Source of the DNA: Candidatus Aminicenantes bacterium
GTDB taxonomy: Bacteria > Acidobacteriota > Aminicenantia > Aminicenantales > UBA4085
Reading direction: 5' to 3'
Assembly: GCA_030691735.1 (NCBI GenBank)
Contig: JAUYDS010000122.1
Span: forward strand, 1-57,496
DNA: 57,496 nt
Under the pieces are notes generated by a model that was not told where the DNA came from, did not search any database, and was given only the letters and a program-made list of their open reading frames with translations. The position numbers and the translations under genes are program-made. Shown one piece after another: positions 9,646 to 19,704 of this stretch; position 1 is the stretch's first letter; each line of letters opens with the position of its first letter.

Positions 9646-11391
9646 TCATTCTTGTACGCTATAGAGGGACATCGTCGTGTTCCAGACCGGGAACTTGTGG
9701 ACGGATTTGAGGCGGGGGGCGACCTCCGGATATTTCCGTTGGATCCAGCCCAGTTCCATGTCTCCGAACTTGTCGAGGACAATGAGATGCGTCGGCTTGT
9801 ACCGATTGAAGAGATCCTGGTCATTGAACCAGTTTTCATAGGCCATGAAAGCCTTGAAGGGAGTCTCCAAGGTCAACCGGAGCGCTTCCTGACCCATGAG
9901 CACCGAGCCGGCGGGCAGAGTCTCGAGATATCGAGACGCGGCTTCCAGTTGATAGGTCGGTTTGAGATAGAAGTTCCCGACATACAGAAAAAGAGACGTT
10001 CCCAGCATGACGGCCAGGACCAGTCCCTCAAGAGATCTCTTCAGGGCCGGCGAACGGAAAATGAAATAGAGAACGATGCCGGCAAGGGAAAGATAAATGA
10101 GCGCGCGCAAGCCGAGGGGAAAAATGAAAAAAGCCGAAGGCCTCGCCGTCAAGTACCGGCCAAGCGGAATGAACAGGGCCGCCGGAATCACGGTCAGCGG
10201 CCAGAACCAGCGGCTTTGGGTCCGGATCCAATCCCGGTCCCTGATCAATACCGAGATCACCAGGTAGAGAGCCGGCCACAGGGGCAAATAATAGCGGAGC
10301 GGACGATAGTTCAGGATCCCCATGGACAGCACGGCGCCGGCGATCCAGAGGAAGAGGAAAAGATCAAGCTCGCGCAGCCGGTCGGCCTCTTTGGCACGGA
10401 GGAGTTTCAAGAGCATCAGTCCTCCGAACAGGATCAAAAGCAAGGCCGCTACCGGAAGCAGTTGCATGTATCGAGACAGGGGATTTTGAACAAGGTTGCT
10501 CCACACCTGGGAGAGTGAGCGCGGCAGGGAGAGCATTCCCCAGCCGGAGCCGATTTTGCTGAATGTCGCCCTGAAGGGTAAATAGATGCCCAAGAACCAG
10601 GGCAGACCCACGGCCAATCCGCCGGCTAAAAAAGAGATCAGGAGACGGACATTGGACCGCCGCCAGGCTTGATAGGCGACCGCCAGCAGCGTCGAGATCA
10701 AAAAATAGAGGAACAGATACTTGGACAGGGCGGTTAACGTCACGGTCAAGCCCAGAAGAAAGGTCATGCCCTGGCGGCCTCTGGCCCGGACGAAAAGATA
10801 GAAACTCAGCAAAAAGCAGAGGCTCGAGAAATTCTCCAGAAGGCCAATGCGATTGTACATCAGTCCGTAGAAATCCAAAGCGAACAGCCCGCTCAAGGCC
10901 AGGGCTTGGCCGGACGACATGTAGGTTCGAAGGCCGGCGTGAAAGAGGAGGATCCCGAGCAGGCTGAAAAGGATGTTGATGACCTTGACGGTAACGATCG
11001 AAATGCCGAACAGCTTGAAGCCCAGAAAATAGATCATCGTCAGGGGCGCGTTATAAACCAGGGGATTCCACTCGTCCATGATCCAGCGGCCGAAAAGGAT
11101 CTTGTTCCGGGCATTGTGACAGTAGATACCCTCGTCGAAGTAGACGCCGGCGCTGCCGGAAAGAGCGGGCAGGATCAAAGGAGGATCGGCCTTGATGTGC
11201 TGAAGCCGCAGACCGGCGGCAAGGATCAGGATCAAAGCCAAGCCGAGCCCCTTTTTCCAGGCGGTCAAGGGACGAGTCTTCGGCTCGCCACTCGCCCGTG
11301 GCTTGTATCCACGGGCGAGTACGGCGGAGGTGGACCCCCGGGCAAAGCCCGGGGCCCCGGCCGCCGTCGATAACGCGGTTTTCATCGCCAT
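9646..11391 (-). CDS. GT-C fold glycosyltransferase (ArnT/PMT-like)
   Basis: YFDEGIY first-loop motif, YNRIGLLE, LSKY, PLRYYLPL, multiple TM helices; exact start uncertain. Confidence 0.78.
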   Translation of the reverse strand: MAMKTALSTAAGAPGFARGSTSAVLARGYKPRASGEPKTRPLTAWKKGLGLALILILAAGLRLQHIKADPPLILPALSGSAGVYFDEGIYCHNARNKILFGRWIMDEWNPLVYNAPLTMIYFLGFKLFGISIVTVKVINILFSLLGILLFHAGLRTYMSSGQALALSGLFALDFYGLMYNRIGLLENFSSLCFLLSFYLFVRARGRQGMTFLLGLTVTLTALSKYLFLYFLISTLLAVAYQAWRRSNVRLLISFLAGGLAVGLPWFLGIYLPFRATFSKIGSGWGMLSLPRSLSQVWSNLVQNPLSRYMQLLPVAALLLILFGGLMLLKLLRAKEADRLRELDLFLFLWIAGAVLSMGILNYRPLRYYLPLWPALYLVISVLIRDRDWIRTQSRWFWPLTVIPAALFIPLGRYLTARPSAFFIFPLGLRALIYLSLAGIVLYFIFRSPALKRSLEGLVLAVMLGTSLFLYVGNFYLKPTYQLEAASRYLETLPAGSVLMGQEALRLTLETPFKAFMAYENWFNDQDLFNRYKPTHLIVLDKFGDMELGWIQRKYPEVAPRLKSVHKFPVWNTTMSLYSVQE

Positions 11392-11450
11392 GATCTCGTT
11401 TCTATCGGGCCAAGAGCTGGAAATGGCCGCAAAAGTTCGTCAGACGATCT

Positions 11451-13688
11451 TCAATAGATCAAGCTTTCGTTGCCGGTGGCGTCCACGCAGGCGACGGCGT
11501 AGACGTAGTCGCTGTCTTTGGGCACGTTGCGGTCCACGTAGGTCAGGATGCCCGGCGCCACTTCGGTGAGACGGGCCCATTGAGTGTCGCTCTCGGTCCT
11601 CAGCTTCCGGAAAATTCGTTGGGCGACGATCACGACTCCCTGTTCGACGTTCAGGGGATTGGCCTCCCAGGAGAGAACGTTGAGGTAATAGCCGTTGAAG
11701 AAACCGCGCTCGACCTTCTTCTCCACGTTGAGGTTGATGGGGGACTGGACCCGCAAACGAAAATTGGCCTTGACCGTCATGTCGCGATCCATCGTGACGG
11801 TGACGGGAGTGGTCGTTCCGGAAGCGTCTCCCGACCAAGACGTGAATTCAACCCCGACGTCCGCAATGGCCCTGACGCTGACGCTGCTTCCCTTATTGAT
11901 CCGATATGTTCCCGGACTCGGGTTTGTCGTTCCGCCGGCGCCGGCTTGGATCGTCAACGTCTGTTGGGGGGTGAAATTGGCTTTGACCGTCATATCGCGA
12001 TCCAAGGTGATGGTGATGGAAGCGGCATTTCCGGAGGCATCACCCGACCAAGACGTGAATCCATAGGCGGCGTCCGCTATGGCCCTGATACTGACGCGGC
12101 TGCCCGTATTGATCCGATATGTTCCCGGACTCGGGTTTGTCGTTCCGCCAGCACCGGCTTGGATCGTCAACGTTTGTTGGGTGGTGAAATTGGCCTTAAC
12201 CGTCATGTCGCGATCCAAGGTGATGGTGATGGAAGCGGCAGTTCCGGAAGCGTCACCCGACCAAGACGCAAATCCATAGGCGGCGTCGGCAATGGCCCTG
12301 ATGCTGACGCTGCTGCCTTTATCGTAGCGATAGACGCCCGGGCTAGGGTCCGTCGTTCCGCCGGTACCGGTTTGGATCGTCAACGCTTGTCTGGGAAGGC
12401 CGGGGGGGTCGACACTCACGGTGGTCAGGAAGACGTTGGCGGGCTCGTTGACTTCGCCCCAGGCGATGAGCATCTTGTCGTACCCGGAATACAAGTCGAA
12501 ATTATCGACCGCGCCGGTCGTGATCTGGGCGACCTGGATCCATTGGAACGTCAATTCATCGAATTTCAAGAGGAATAGAATCCTTCCGGAGTTCATGACC
12601 GCCGCGTAGAAATCCTTGCCGTGCGCGACCAGCCTCGACCAGAACGTGCACCAGGGATTCATCGAAAGGCCGGTATTGAGGGGGATCCGGGAGGACAGAG
12701 TCTCGGCCGCGGGATCATAGAGCCTGGCCTGGTAGTCGCCACCCGTGGGAAAAGCCCAGAGCGTCATGACCTTGCCCTCGTTGTTGACGGCGACCGTGGG
12801 CCAAAAGGACCAGCCCGTGCTGGTGGAAACGAGCTGCCAGCCCTCCATTGGGTCTATGTCGACCGCATCGTTGTTCTGGTCCCAATGGCTCAATAAGATG
12901 ACCAGGACATCTTCTGCGGGATTCGGATTATATTGGTAATCGTTCTTATGGACCACCCAGATATTGTCTTTGGAGTCGACGGCGAACCAAGCCTGGCACG
13001 AGCCTTCTTGGTCGTTGGTCAGGTTTTTGGGGGTCCGGAATTGGGAGTCGGTCTTTCCTTTGGCGTAGAGGAAGACGTTTTTGGTCAGATAGCCGGGGGG
13101 GATGATCTGGCTGTTAAGGGTGAGCACCTCGTCGTTGGAGCGCACCGCGACAGTGGTCCCCATATCGTTCTTGCCGGACATCTGTTGTTTGAAGGGCGTT
13201 GTCCATACCCCGTCAAGGAACGAACCGTAGACAGCGAAGTTTTGGGGCTCATCCCAGGTGCAATGAAAGCGGCCGGTGCTGTCCGCCTCTACATCCACAT
13301 TACTGATAATTTTTTCCTGGATACTGATATTAGGCTGCTTGGGGATTCTGGCCGGGGAGCTCCAGGCCTCGCCTTTCTTGCAGGTAGTGTACCAAAAAAA
13401 GTTATCGCTGCCCCTGAAGACGACCAGGCGGTCGCCTTTGGAGTTCTCGGCAACCCCGGGATAGCGATTGTTGCCGCCCAGGTTGCCCGTGAGATTGATG
13501 GTCTCGATGATCGGAGCTTCCACCACCTGGGGCCGCGTCGTTCCGGCCGTGCCGGTCCATTGATCGGCGGGCTTCATGGTCATGGCGGTTGTCGGGTCCT
13601 GCGCCCCGGACGAGGCGGCTATAACCATCCCCGCGATGATCACGGATATGACCATAAGAAGGACCACAGGAAAAATGGCTCTTCTCAT
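11451..13688 (-). CDS. Secreted protein: beta-propeller-like N-domain, three InlB-type B-repeats, FN3-like C-terminal domain
   Basis: Signal peptide; blade-like DSTGRFHCTW/VDSKDNIWVV; three 71-aa LTIQ..GGTT.P.PG.Y..F.SWSGDASG..DRDMTVKANF repeats. Confidence 0.85.
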   Translation of the reverse strand: MRRAIFPVVLLMVISVIIAGMVIAASSGAQDPTTAMTMKPADQWTGTAGTTRPQVVEAPIIETINLTGNLGGNNRYPGVAENSKGDRLVVFRGSDNFFWYTTCKKGEAWSSPARIPKQPNISIQEKIISNVDVEADSTGRFHCTWDEPQNFAVYGSFLDGVWTTPFKQQMSGKNDMGTTVAVRSNDEVLTLNSQIIPPGYLTKNVFLYAKGKTDSQFRTPKNLTNDQEGSCQAWFAVDSKDNIWVVHKNDYQYNPNPAEDVLVILLSHWDQNNDAVDIDPMEGWQLVSTSTGWSFWPTVAVNNEGKVMTLWAFPTGGDYQARLYDPAAETLSSRIPLNTGLSMNPWCTFWSRLVAHGKDFYAAVMNSGRILFLLKFDELTFQWIQVAQITTGAVDNFDLYSGYDKMLIAWGEVNEPANVFLTTVSVDPPGLPRQALTIQTGTGGTTDPSPGVYRYDKGSSVSIRAIADAAYGFASWSGDASGTAASITITLDRDMTVKANFTTQQTLTIQAGAGGTTNPSPGTYRINTGSRVSIRAIADAAYGFTSWSGDASGNAASITITLDRDMTVKANFTPQQTLTIQAGAGGTTNPSPGTYRINKGSSVSVRAIADVGVEFTSWSGDASGTTTPVTVTMDRDMTVKANFRLRVQSPINLNVEKKVERGFFNGYYLNVLSWEANPLNVEQGVVIVAQRIFRKLRTESDTQWARLTEVAPGILTYVDRNVPKDSDYVYAVACVDATGNESLIY
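11759..12397 (-). repeat. Three tandem 213-bp intragenic repeats
   Basis: AAATTGG anchor recurs at 11761, 11974 and 12187 with high nucleotide similarity; outer edges approximate. Confidence 0.9.
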
Positions 13689-13854
13689 TATAATTATCCT
13701 TCTTTTTTTTATCTTTTATACAAATACAAGTATTTAGAGATAAAGTCAAGATTCTAATGATAAAGGGGAGAACGGCGAAAATCAAAAAGATGCGTCATGA
13801 TCAGGGAGTCCAGACCTCTCCCCGGGTTCTGAAGGTCCTTTTCGCGGGAGGGTC

Positions 13855-14478
13855 TTAGAATCGAGCCACGAGGCCGATGCCGAATTCCTTGCCTCCGAGG
13901 TTCAGTTTCGTGCTGTCGTCGGGAAGCGGGTAGTCCAGCGTCTTTATGACATCGTTCAAGCGGACGAAAACCTTTCCCGCCAGGAACTTGGTGATGTTGA
14001 CGTACGTCCCGAATTGGATGTGGAAACCGACGGCGTTGCCGCTGGCCCCCTTGATGTCGGTCGTCCCCTCGATCGTCTCGGAGTAGGAATAGGACTCGAG
14101 CCCGGCGCCGATGAACGGCTCGAAGCGAGCGGTTGAGAAGAGGCGATAGAGGACGCCGAAGGAAGCCATGTTGAGCCGGAACTTGTCGGCGAGGCCCTCA
14201 TAAGTCGTCTTCGTTTCTTCGCCGTAGATGCGGTAGGAGACCCAGACGTCGATGTTGTACAGAGTATGCGCGGAAGCCTCGAAACCCGGGACGTTCTTCT
14301 GGGAATGACCGTAAAACCTCGTCAGGTTCTTGTCGTCGATCTGGAGCCCTTCCCAATAGAACCCGGCCCGGAACCTCGGCTGGTCCACCCCGGTCTCGTC
14401 CGGGGCGGCGGAAGCCGCCGTCGCCGGCCCCAGGATCAGGAAGACCGCAAAGAGGCATATCAGCAAGGTTGATTTCAT
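13855..14478 (-). CDS. Small outer-membrane beta-barrel protein (OmpW/OmpA-barrel-like)
   Basis: Signal peptide ending ASA, amphipathic strands, PFIGAG, C-terminal GIGLVARF; GAGGA SD before ATG 14478 (alternative start 14490). Confidence 0.82.
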   Translation of the reverse strand: MKSTLLICLFAVFLILGPATAASAAPDETGVDQPRFRAGFYWEGLQIDDKNLTRFYGHSQKNVPGFEASAHTLYNIDVWVSYRIYGEETKTTYEGLADKFRLNMASFGVLYRLFSTARFEPFIGAGLESYSYSETIEGTTDIKGASGNAVGFHIQFGTYVNITKFLAGKVFVRLNDVIKTLDYPLPDDSTKLNLGGKEFGIGLVARF

Positions 14479-14505
14479 GATGGTCCTCATTTCGTCAGAC
14501 GATCT

Positions 14506-16440
14506 TCAATAGATCGAGCTTTCGTAGCCGTTGGCGTCCACGCACGTGACGGCGTAGACGTAACCGCTGGTTCTGGGCACGTTGCGGTCCACGTAGGTCA
14601 GGATACCCGGCGCCACCTCGGCGAGAAGCGTCCATTGAGGGTAGCTCTCGGTCGGCAGTTTTCGGTAAATTCGTTGCGCGGCGATCACGACCCCATGTTC
14701 GCTGTTCTGGGGATTGGCCTCCCAGGAGAGAACGTTGAGGTAATAGCCGCTGAAGAAACCGCGCTCGATCTTCTTCTCCACTTTGAGGTTGATGGGGGAC
14801 TGGACCCGCAAACGAAAATTGGCCTTGACCGTCATGTCGCGATCCAGCGTGACGGTGAGGGGAGAGCTCTCTCCGGAAGCGTCTCCCGACCACGAAATGA
14901 ACCGATACGCGGCGTCCGGAAGGGGCCTGATGCTGACGCTGCTGCCCTTATTGTACCGATATGAACCCGGACTCGGGTCTGTCGTTCCGCCGGCACCGGC
15001 TTGGATCGTCAACGTTTGTTGGAGGGTGAAATTGGCCTTGACCGTCATATCGCGATCCAAGGTGAAGGTGATGGGATTGGAATTTCCGGAAGCATCGCCC
15101 GACCAAGACGTGAATCCATAGGCGGCGTCCGCGATGGCGCTGACGCTGACGCTGCTGCCGCGATCGTATTTATAAGAACCCGGAGCCGGGCTTGTTGTTC
15201 CTCCGGAGCTGGATTGAACCGTCAACGTAGATTGCGGGGGGCCGAGGGGTTCGACCTCCACGGCCGTCAGGAAGACGTTGGAGGGCTCTTCCCAAGAATT
15301 CCAAGCGACGAGCATCCTGTCGTATCCGGAATATATAGACATCATTTCGACAGGTCTATCCGAAACCTGGGCGACCGGGATCCATCTGGATGTCGCTTCG
15401 TCGAATTTCAGGAGGTAGAGGATCCTTGCGGGAGATATGGCCGCGATGTAGAAATCCTTGCCGCGGTCGGTCAGTTTCGAAAAGAAGGTGTGCCAGGGAT
15501 TCCTGCAAAGTCCGATATCGAGGGAGACCATAGGGCCCAGCTTCTTGGTCGCGGGATCATAGAGCCTGGATAGGTATTGGCCGCTGGTGGATTGGGCCCA
15601 GGCGGCCATCACCTTGTCCTCGCTGTTGACGGCAACCTGAGGCAGGAAGGCCCAGCCCGGGTTGGATGAAACGACCAGCCAGTCGATGTCCCCATCATTG
15701 TAGTTCTTATCAAACGGGGCCAAGTAAATGACCAGGTTCTCCTCTACGCCTGGGAGATGGTAGTCGCTCTTCCAGACCACCCAGATATTGTCTTTTGAGT
15801 CGACGGCGAGGTGGGGCTGGGTCGAGCCTTCAGCAGGATCCCTGGTCAGGTTTTTTTGAGCCCGGAATTGGGTTTCATTCTTTCCCTTGGCGTGGACCCA
15901 GATGTCTTTGCTATAACCGAGAACCTCGCAGTCGACGGTGACCACCTCGTCGTCGGAGCGCACGGCCATCCCGCTCGTCTGATCATAAACTCCGATCGAT
16001 GGTATCTTGAAGGGGGTTGTCCAAATCCCGTCGCGGAACGAGGCGTAAACGGCTCCGTTGGCGTGCTCCCATTCGCAATGAAAGCGGTCGGTGCTGTCGA
16101 CATGGATATACGCGTAGAGACTTCTAACGAGAGACGGCTGGCTGCCTATGGATTTTGGGGAGCTCCAAGTCCCGCCTTTCTCGCAGTAAACGTAATAATA
16201 TTTGTTGCCCTCGGGGCCTCTGAAAATAACCAGACGGTTTCCTTTGGAGTCCTCGGCAACAGCGGGATGGCGATAGTTTTGATTTGCGCCGGCAAACGTA
16301 AGCTGGTAAGTCTCGACGATCGGGGCTGGCACGACCTGGGACGATGTCGTTCCAGGAGTGCCGGACGAGGCGGATATGGCAATTCCCGCGGCGATGACGA
16401 TTATGGCCGATAAGGTCAAAAGCATAACTACTCTTCTCAT
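14506..16440 (-). CDS. Paralog of 11451-13688 with two B-repeats and the same C-terminal domain
   Basis: Signal peptide, collinear N-domain motifs, two 213-bp repeats (anchors 14816 and 15029), near-identical C-terminus. Confidence 0.85.
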   Translation of the reverse strand: MRRVVMLLTLSAIIVIAAGIAISASSGTPGTTSSQVVPAPIVETYQLTFAGANQNYRHPAVAEDSKGNRLVIFRGPEGNKYYYVYCEKGGTWSSPKSIGSQPSLVRSLYAYIHVDSTDRFHCEWEHANGAVYASFRDGIWTTPFKIPSIGVYDQTSGMAVRSDDEVVTVDCEVLGYSKDIWVHAKGKNETQFRAQKNLTRDPAEGSTQPHLAVDSKDNIWVVWKSDYHLPGVEENLVIYLAPFDKNYNDGDIDWLVVSSNPGWAFLPQVAVNSEDKVMAAWAQSTSGQYLSRLYDPATKKLGPMVSLDIGLCRNPWHTFFSKLTDRGKDFYIAAISPARILYLLKFDEATSRWIPVAQVSDRPVEMMSIYSGYDRMLVAWNSWEEPSNVFLTAVEVEPLGPPQSTLTVQSSSGGTTSPAPGSYKYDRGSSVSVSAIADAAYGFTSWSGDASGNSNPITFTLDRDMTVKANFTLQQTLTIQAGAGGTTDPSPGSYRYNKGSSVSIRPLPDAAYRFISWSGDASGESSPLTVTLDRDMTVKANFRLRVQSPINLKVEKKIERGFFSGYYLNVLSWEANPQNSEHGVVIAAQRIYRKLPTESYPQWTLLAEVAPGILTYVDRNVPRTSGYVYAVTCVDANGYESSIY

Positions 16441-16472
16441 GAGTACTCTCCTCTAAAATTTATGGGCTATTT

Positions 16473-16501
16473 TTTATACAGGTTTTTAGAAAAAAAGTCA
16501 A
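16473..16501 (-). promoter_or_regulatory. Sigma70-type promoter for the secreted protein/beta-barrel pair
   Basis: Minus strand TTGACT-N17-TATAAA. Confidence 0.55.
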
Positions 16502-16607
16502 CCTCCCGCCGATGGGATAAAGGAGATACGGGACGCGTACTCGTTACGCTGGGTCAAAGTTCCGAAGTCAGCCCCTAAGACGCCGGGGTCCCTTCGGGCT
16601 ATCGATT

Positions 16608-19205
16608 TTACTTTCGAAGGACGCGGACCGTCTTGATCTCGAAGGGATTCAAAGTCAACGTCAGCGCCGCCCCGCTCCCCTCTTCTTTGGCCAGGGGCCG
16701 TTCGATCAGGTCTGTTTCCGCGGACATCACCGGCCAGGGAAATTCGATCCGGGCCTCGGTCTTCCGGCCGAAGGCTTCATAAACGCGCAGGATCAGGCCG
16801 CGGCTGTAGTATCCCGTCTCTTTTTTCAAGGCCGAAAGAAAAACGTTCTCCGGTCCGACCGTGACGAAGGCCCGGCTCGCGGGCAGCGACCCGGGATGGG
16901 ACATCGCCAGGCGAGGCAGAAGCGGATTGTTGAATTCGTAGCCTCGCCGGGCCGTTTGGGCCTCTTTCCAATCGCCGCGATGGGGATAGAGCGAGTAATA
17001 AAGCTCCTGGGAGCCCCGATCGGCCTCCGGGTCGGGAGTCGTGGCGCCGTGGACGACGGAAAGCCGGAGGACATTTCCCTTCATATCGTGGCCGTATTTC
17101 CGGTCATTGAGAAGGCCGACGCCGAAGCGGCCGGATTCGTCGGTCGCATCCGCCCAGCGGATCGCGGGGACCTCCGTGCCGTCCGTCTTGCGGGAGATAG
17201 AGCCGTAAGGGATTTCGAACTCCGCTTTGTCGGTCTTCAAGTTCAGCGGGAAAGCGGCCTTGATCATCAGATTCCGTTCCTGCCAATTCAGGCCGGTCCT
17301 GAAGTCGATCCGCGGGACGCCCGCGGTGAGGATAATGTCCTGGGTAAACGACGAGCGGCGGAACTTGCTCCGGACGCGGATGACGGCCCGGACCGGCCCG
17401 GATTCGACGAGCGTGATCCGCGCGCCGTCCTCGCCGATGGCCCCGGCCTGATCCTTCAGTCCGAGCTCCCAGGCGGACATGTTCTGGGGCTCGTCCGTGA
17501 TCGCCTGAAGGACGTTGCCCGGTCCTTGGAGAACTTCTCGGCCGTTCGTTTTGTCCAAAATGCCGGCGAGCCATCCCGTCTTGGGATCGATCCTCACCTT
17601 GAAAAATTCGTTTTCGAGGCCGTCCGCGCCGGCCGTGAGCGCCGTTTTGAACGCGGGGGCTTGATCGGCCGGCAGGACCCTGAACATCTTGTACCCCAAG
17701 GACGGCACGCGCCCGGCGATGAAAACGACGCGCGCCGTCAGGGGAGCGCCCGGAGACGATTCCGGAAGGATTTGATAGGGGATCTCGGCGCCGTCGGCGT
17801 CGACGAGTTTGAACGCGCCGGATTTTCCCTCCCCGATCAATTCGTGGCCCAAAGCTCCTTGGAAGGAAGGCAGGGACGGCGGGATTTTCCCGCCGGACCG
17901 TTGGGAGGAAACCCGTTCAAAGGGTTTCCTTCCAAGAGTGACCTGCCGGGGCAGGCGGCAGACCACGGGTTCCGTTCGCTCCCAGGCCAAAGGATTGTAA
18001 ACCACCACGGGAACGCCTTCGCCGCGCGTGTCGATATCGTTGGTGATCGTTTCCAGAGAAAAATCGAGGGCCCGCTGGCCGCGGTCCATGGCCGTTTTAT
18101 AAAAATCGCGGACCTCATCGTAAACGGGACCGATGCTCGAGCCGTCCAGGATGTCGTGGAACTGGTTGCGGAGGACGATCTTCCAGGCTTCGTCGATGTC
18201 GCGCTCGGGGTAATAGTCCCTGAGTCCCAGGGCCACGGACAGAGCGGAAAATTTCTCCGCGGTCACGAGCAGTCCCTCGGCTTTCCGGTTGTTCTTTTTG
18301 GTCTCGGCCTGCGTCGTGTAGCAGGCGGGGAAGGTGAAATTCAATTCGTCGCCGAACGACGGAAGTCCGGCTTTTTGCGCCTCCAGGATCTTGAAATAAT
18401 CTTCCGGAGTGACGAATTCCAGGCGCGGCTGGTTATTGTCCTTTCCGAATCTCCGGATCGCCTCCAGGTCCGAGTCCCGCGGGCCACCGCCGTGGTCCCC
18501 TTCGCCGTAGAGGATCATGACATCCTTGAGGGGCGAAATCTTGGCCGCCTCGAGGACCACGTCTTTGATCCCGTTCTTCAAGCCGACGTTGTACCAGCCT
18601 TGAGGAACGTACGAGAGAAGCTGCGATCCGTCCTTGCCCCGCCAGACAAAGGCGGGCATTTTGTCCGGCGCGCACCGACCGAAGACATAATACTTGAGTC
18701 CGGCCTTGGCCAGGATCTGGGGAAGCTGCCAATTATGTCCGAACGAATCCGGGTTCCAGCCGACCTTTACGTCCACGCCGAACTTTTGGAGGAAATATCT
18801 TTTGCCGTAGAGGAGCTGGCGGGCCAGGGCTTCGCCGTCGGGCATGTTCAAATCGGGTTCGACCCACATCCCCCCGACCGGAACCCACGTCCCTTCCTTG
18901 ATCTTGTCCCTGATCGCCTGGAACAGCTCGGGATAGTCCTTTTCGATGGCCTCGTAGATCGCAGCCTGGCTCTGGGCGAACGTCAGGCCGGGCATCTTGT
19001 TCATCTGGACGAGCGTTCCTTTGAACGTCTCGACGGCGACGTCATGCACGGTCTCCTCCCAGCGCCACAGCCAGCTCAGGTCGATATGAGCGTGCCCGAC
19101 GAGACGGGCGGTGTAATCCCCCGGCTTGAGCGTTTGAGCGGATAAGCCCGCGCCGAGAAGAACGAACGCCAGAAATGTGGACGCGAATGCCTTCGATGTT
19201 CGCAT
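16608..19205 (-). CDS. Exported glycoside hydrolase family 38 (alpha-mannosidase-like)
   Basis: GHAHIDLSWLW, GGMWVEPDLN, WNPDSFGH, GDHGGGP, NQFHDILDGSSI; signal peptide. Confidence 0.92.
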   Translation of the reverse strand: MRTSKAFASTFLAFVLLGAGLSAQTLKPGDYTARLVGHAHIDLSWLWRWEETVHDVAVETFKGTLVQMNKMPGLTFAQSQAAIYEAIEKDYPELFQAIRDKIKEGTWVPVGGMWVEPDLNMPDGEALARQLLYGKRYFLQKFGVDVKVGWNPDSFGHNWQLPQILAKAGLKYYVFGRCAPDKMPAFVWRGKDGSQLLSYVPQGWYNVGLKNGIKDVVLEAAKISPLKDVMILYGEGDHGGGPRDSDLEAIRRFGKDNNQPRLEFVTPEDYFKILEAQKAGLPSFGDELNFTFPACYTTQAETKKNNRKAEGLLVTAEKFSALSVALGLRDYYPERDIDEAWKIVLRNQFHDILDGSSIGPVYDEVRDFYKTAMDRGQRALDFSLETITNDIDTRGEGVPVVVYNPLAWERTEPVVCRLPRQVTLGRKPFERVSSQRSGGKIPPSLPSFQGALGHELIGEGKSGAFKLVDADGAEIPYQILPESSPGAPLTARVVFIAGRVPSLGYKMFRVLPADQAPAFKTALTAGADGLENEFFKVRIDPKTGWLAGILDKTNGREVLQGPGNVLQAITDEPQNMSAWELGLKDQAGAIGEDGARITLVESGPVRAVIRVRSKFRRSSFTQDIILTAGVPRIDFRTGLNWQERNLMIKAAFPLNLKTDKAEFEIPYGSISRKTDGTEVPAIRWADATDESGRFGVGLLNDRKYGHDMKGNVLRLSVVHGATTPDPEADRGSQELYYSLYPHRGDWKEAQTARRGYEFNNPLLPRLAMSHPGSLPASRAFVTVGPENVFLSALKKETGYYSRGLILRVYEAFGRKTEARIEFPWPVMSAETDLIERPLAKEEGSGAALTLTLNPFEIKTVRVLRK

Positions 19206-19392
19206 TTTTCCCTCCGCGCACGTCGTGGGCCGGATTATATCACAGCCGCAAAGGGGGCAAAAACGACAAGTGTCCCCATTTTTTTTATTTTCAGCGCTAT
19301 TGTTTTGACATTTTTATTTTGATAGAATCACAACCTTTAGGGAGGCTCCGATCATGCTCCGCATGATAATTATACGGTAAGGGAAGGGAAAT

Positions 19393-19701
19393 ATGTTTAT
19401 ATGGGTTTTCCATCGCATCAGCGGCCTGTTACTCATCCTTCTGTTGGGAATCAAATTCCTGACCTCCTTCTTTCTCATGACCAAGGGGCAAAAGCCCGAT
19501 TGGGCCCTTGTCCTCCACGCCAATCCTCTCACCGACACGTTCCTGATCGTGGCCGGCGTCTACCACGCCTTCTACGGACTGAGGACCTTCATCATCGACT
19601 GCGGCGTGCGCAAGGAGAAGCTCCTCTTCTGGATCTTCACCGGCCTCGGCACCGCCACCACCGCCGCCCTGCTGGTCATTTACTACACCAGGAACTACTG
19701 A
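19393..19701 (+). CDS. sdhC: Succinate dehydrogenase/fumarate reductase small membrane anchor (3 TM)
   Basis: WVFHRISG and YHAFYGLR motifs; directly upstream of the flavoprotein. Confidence 0.8.
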   Translation: MFIWVFHRISGLLLILLLGIKFLTSFFLMTKGQKPDWALVLHANPLTDTFLIVAGVYHAFYGLRTFIIDCGVRKEKLLFWIFTGLGTATTAALLVIYYTRNY

Positions 19702-19704
19702 GCT

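Noticed and set aside
11759-12397. Possible CRISPR array or diversity-generating repeat
   Set aside because: Units are 213-bp in-frame protein repeats without unique spacers; no cas or reverse transcriptase gene in the window
11440-14893. Two similar alternate-frame 132-aa ORFs (11440-11838 and 14495-14893)
   Set aside because: Their similarity follows from the DNA near-identity of the paralog tails; no independent start signals
19300-19340. FNR/Rex-like site upstream of sdh (TTGATAGAATCAC)
   Set aside because: Half-site spacing does not match either consensus
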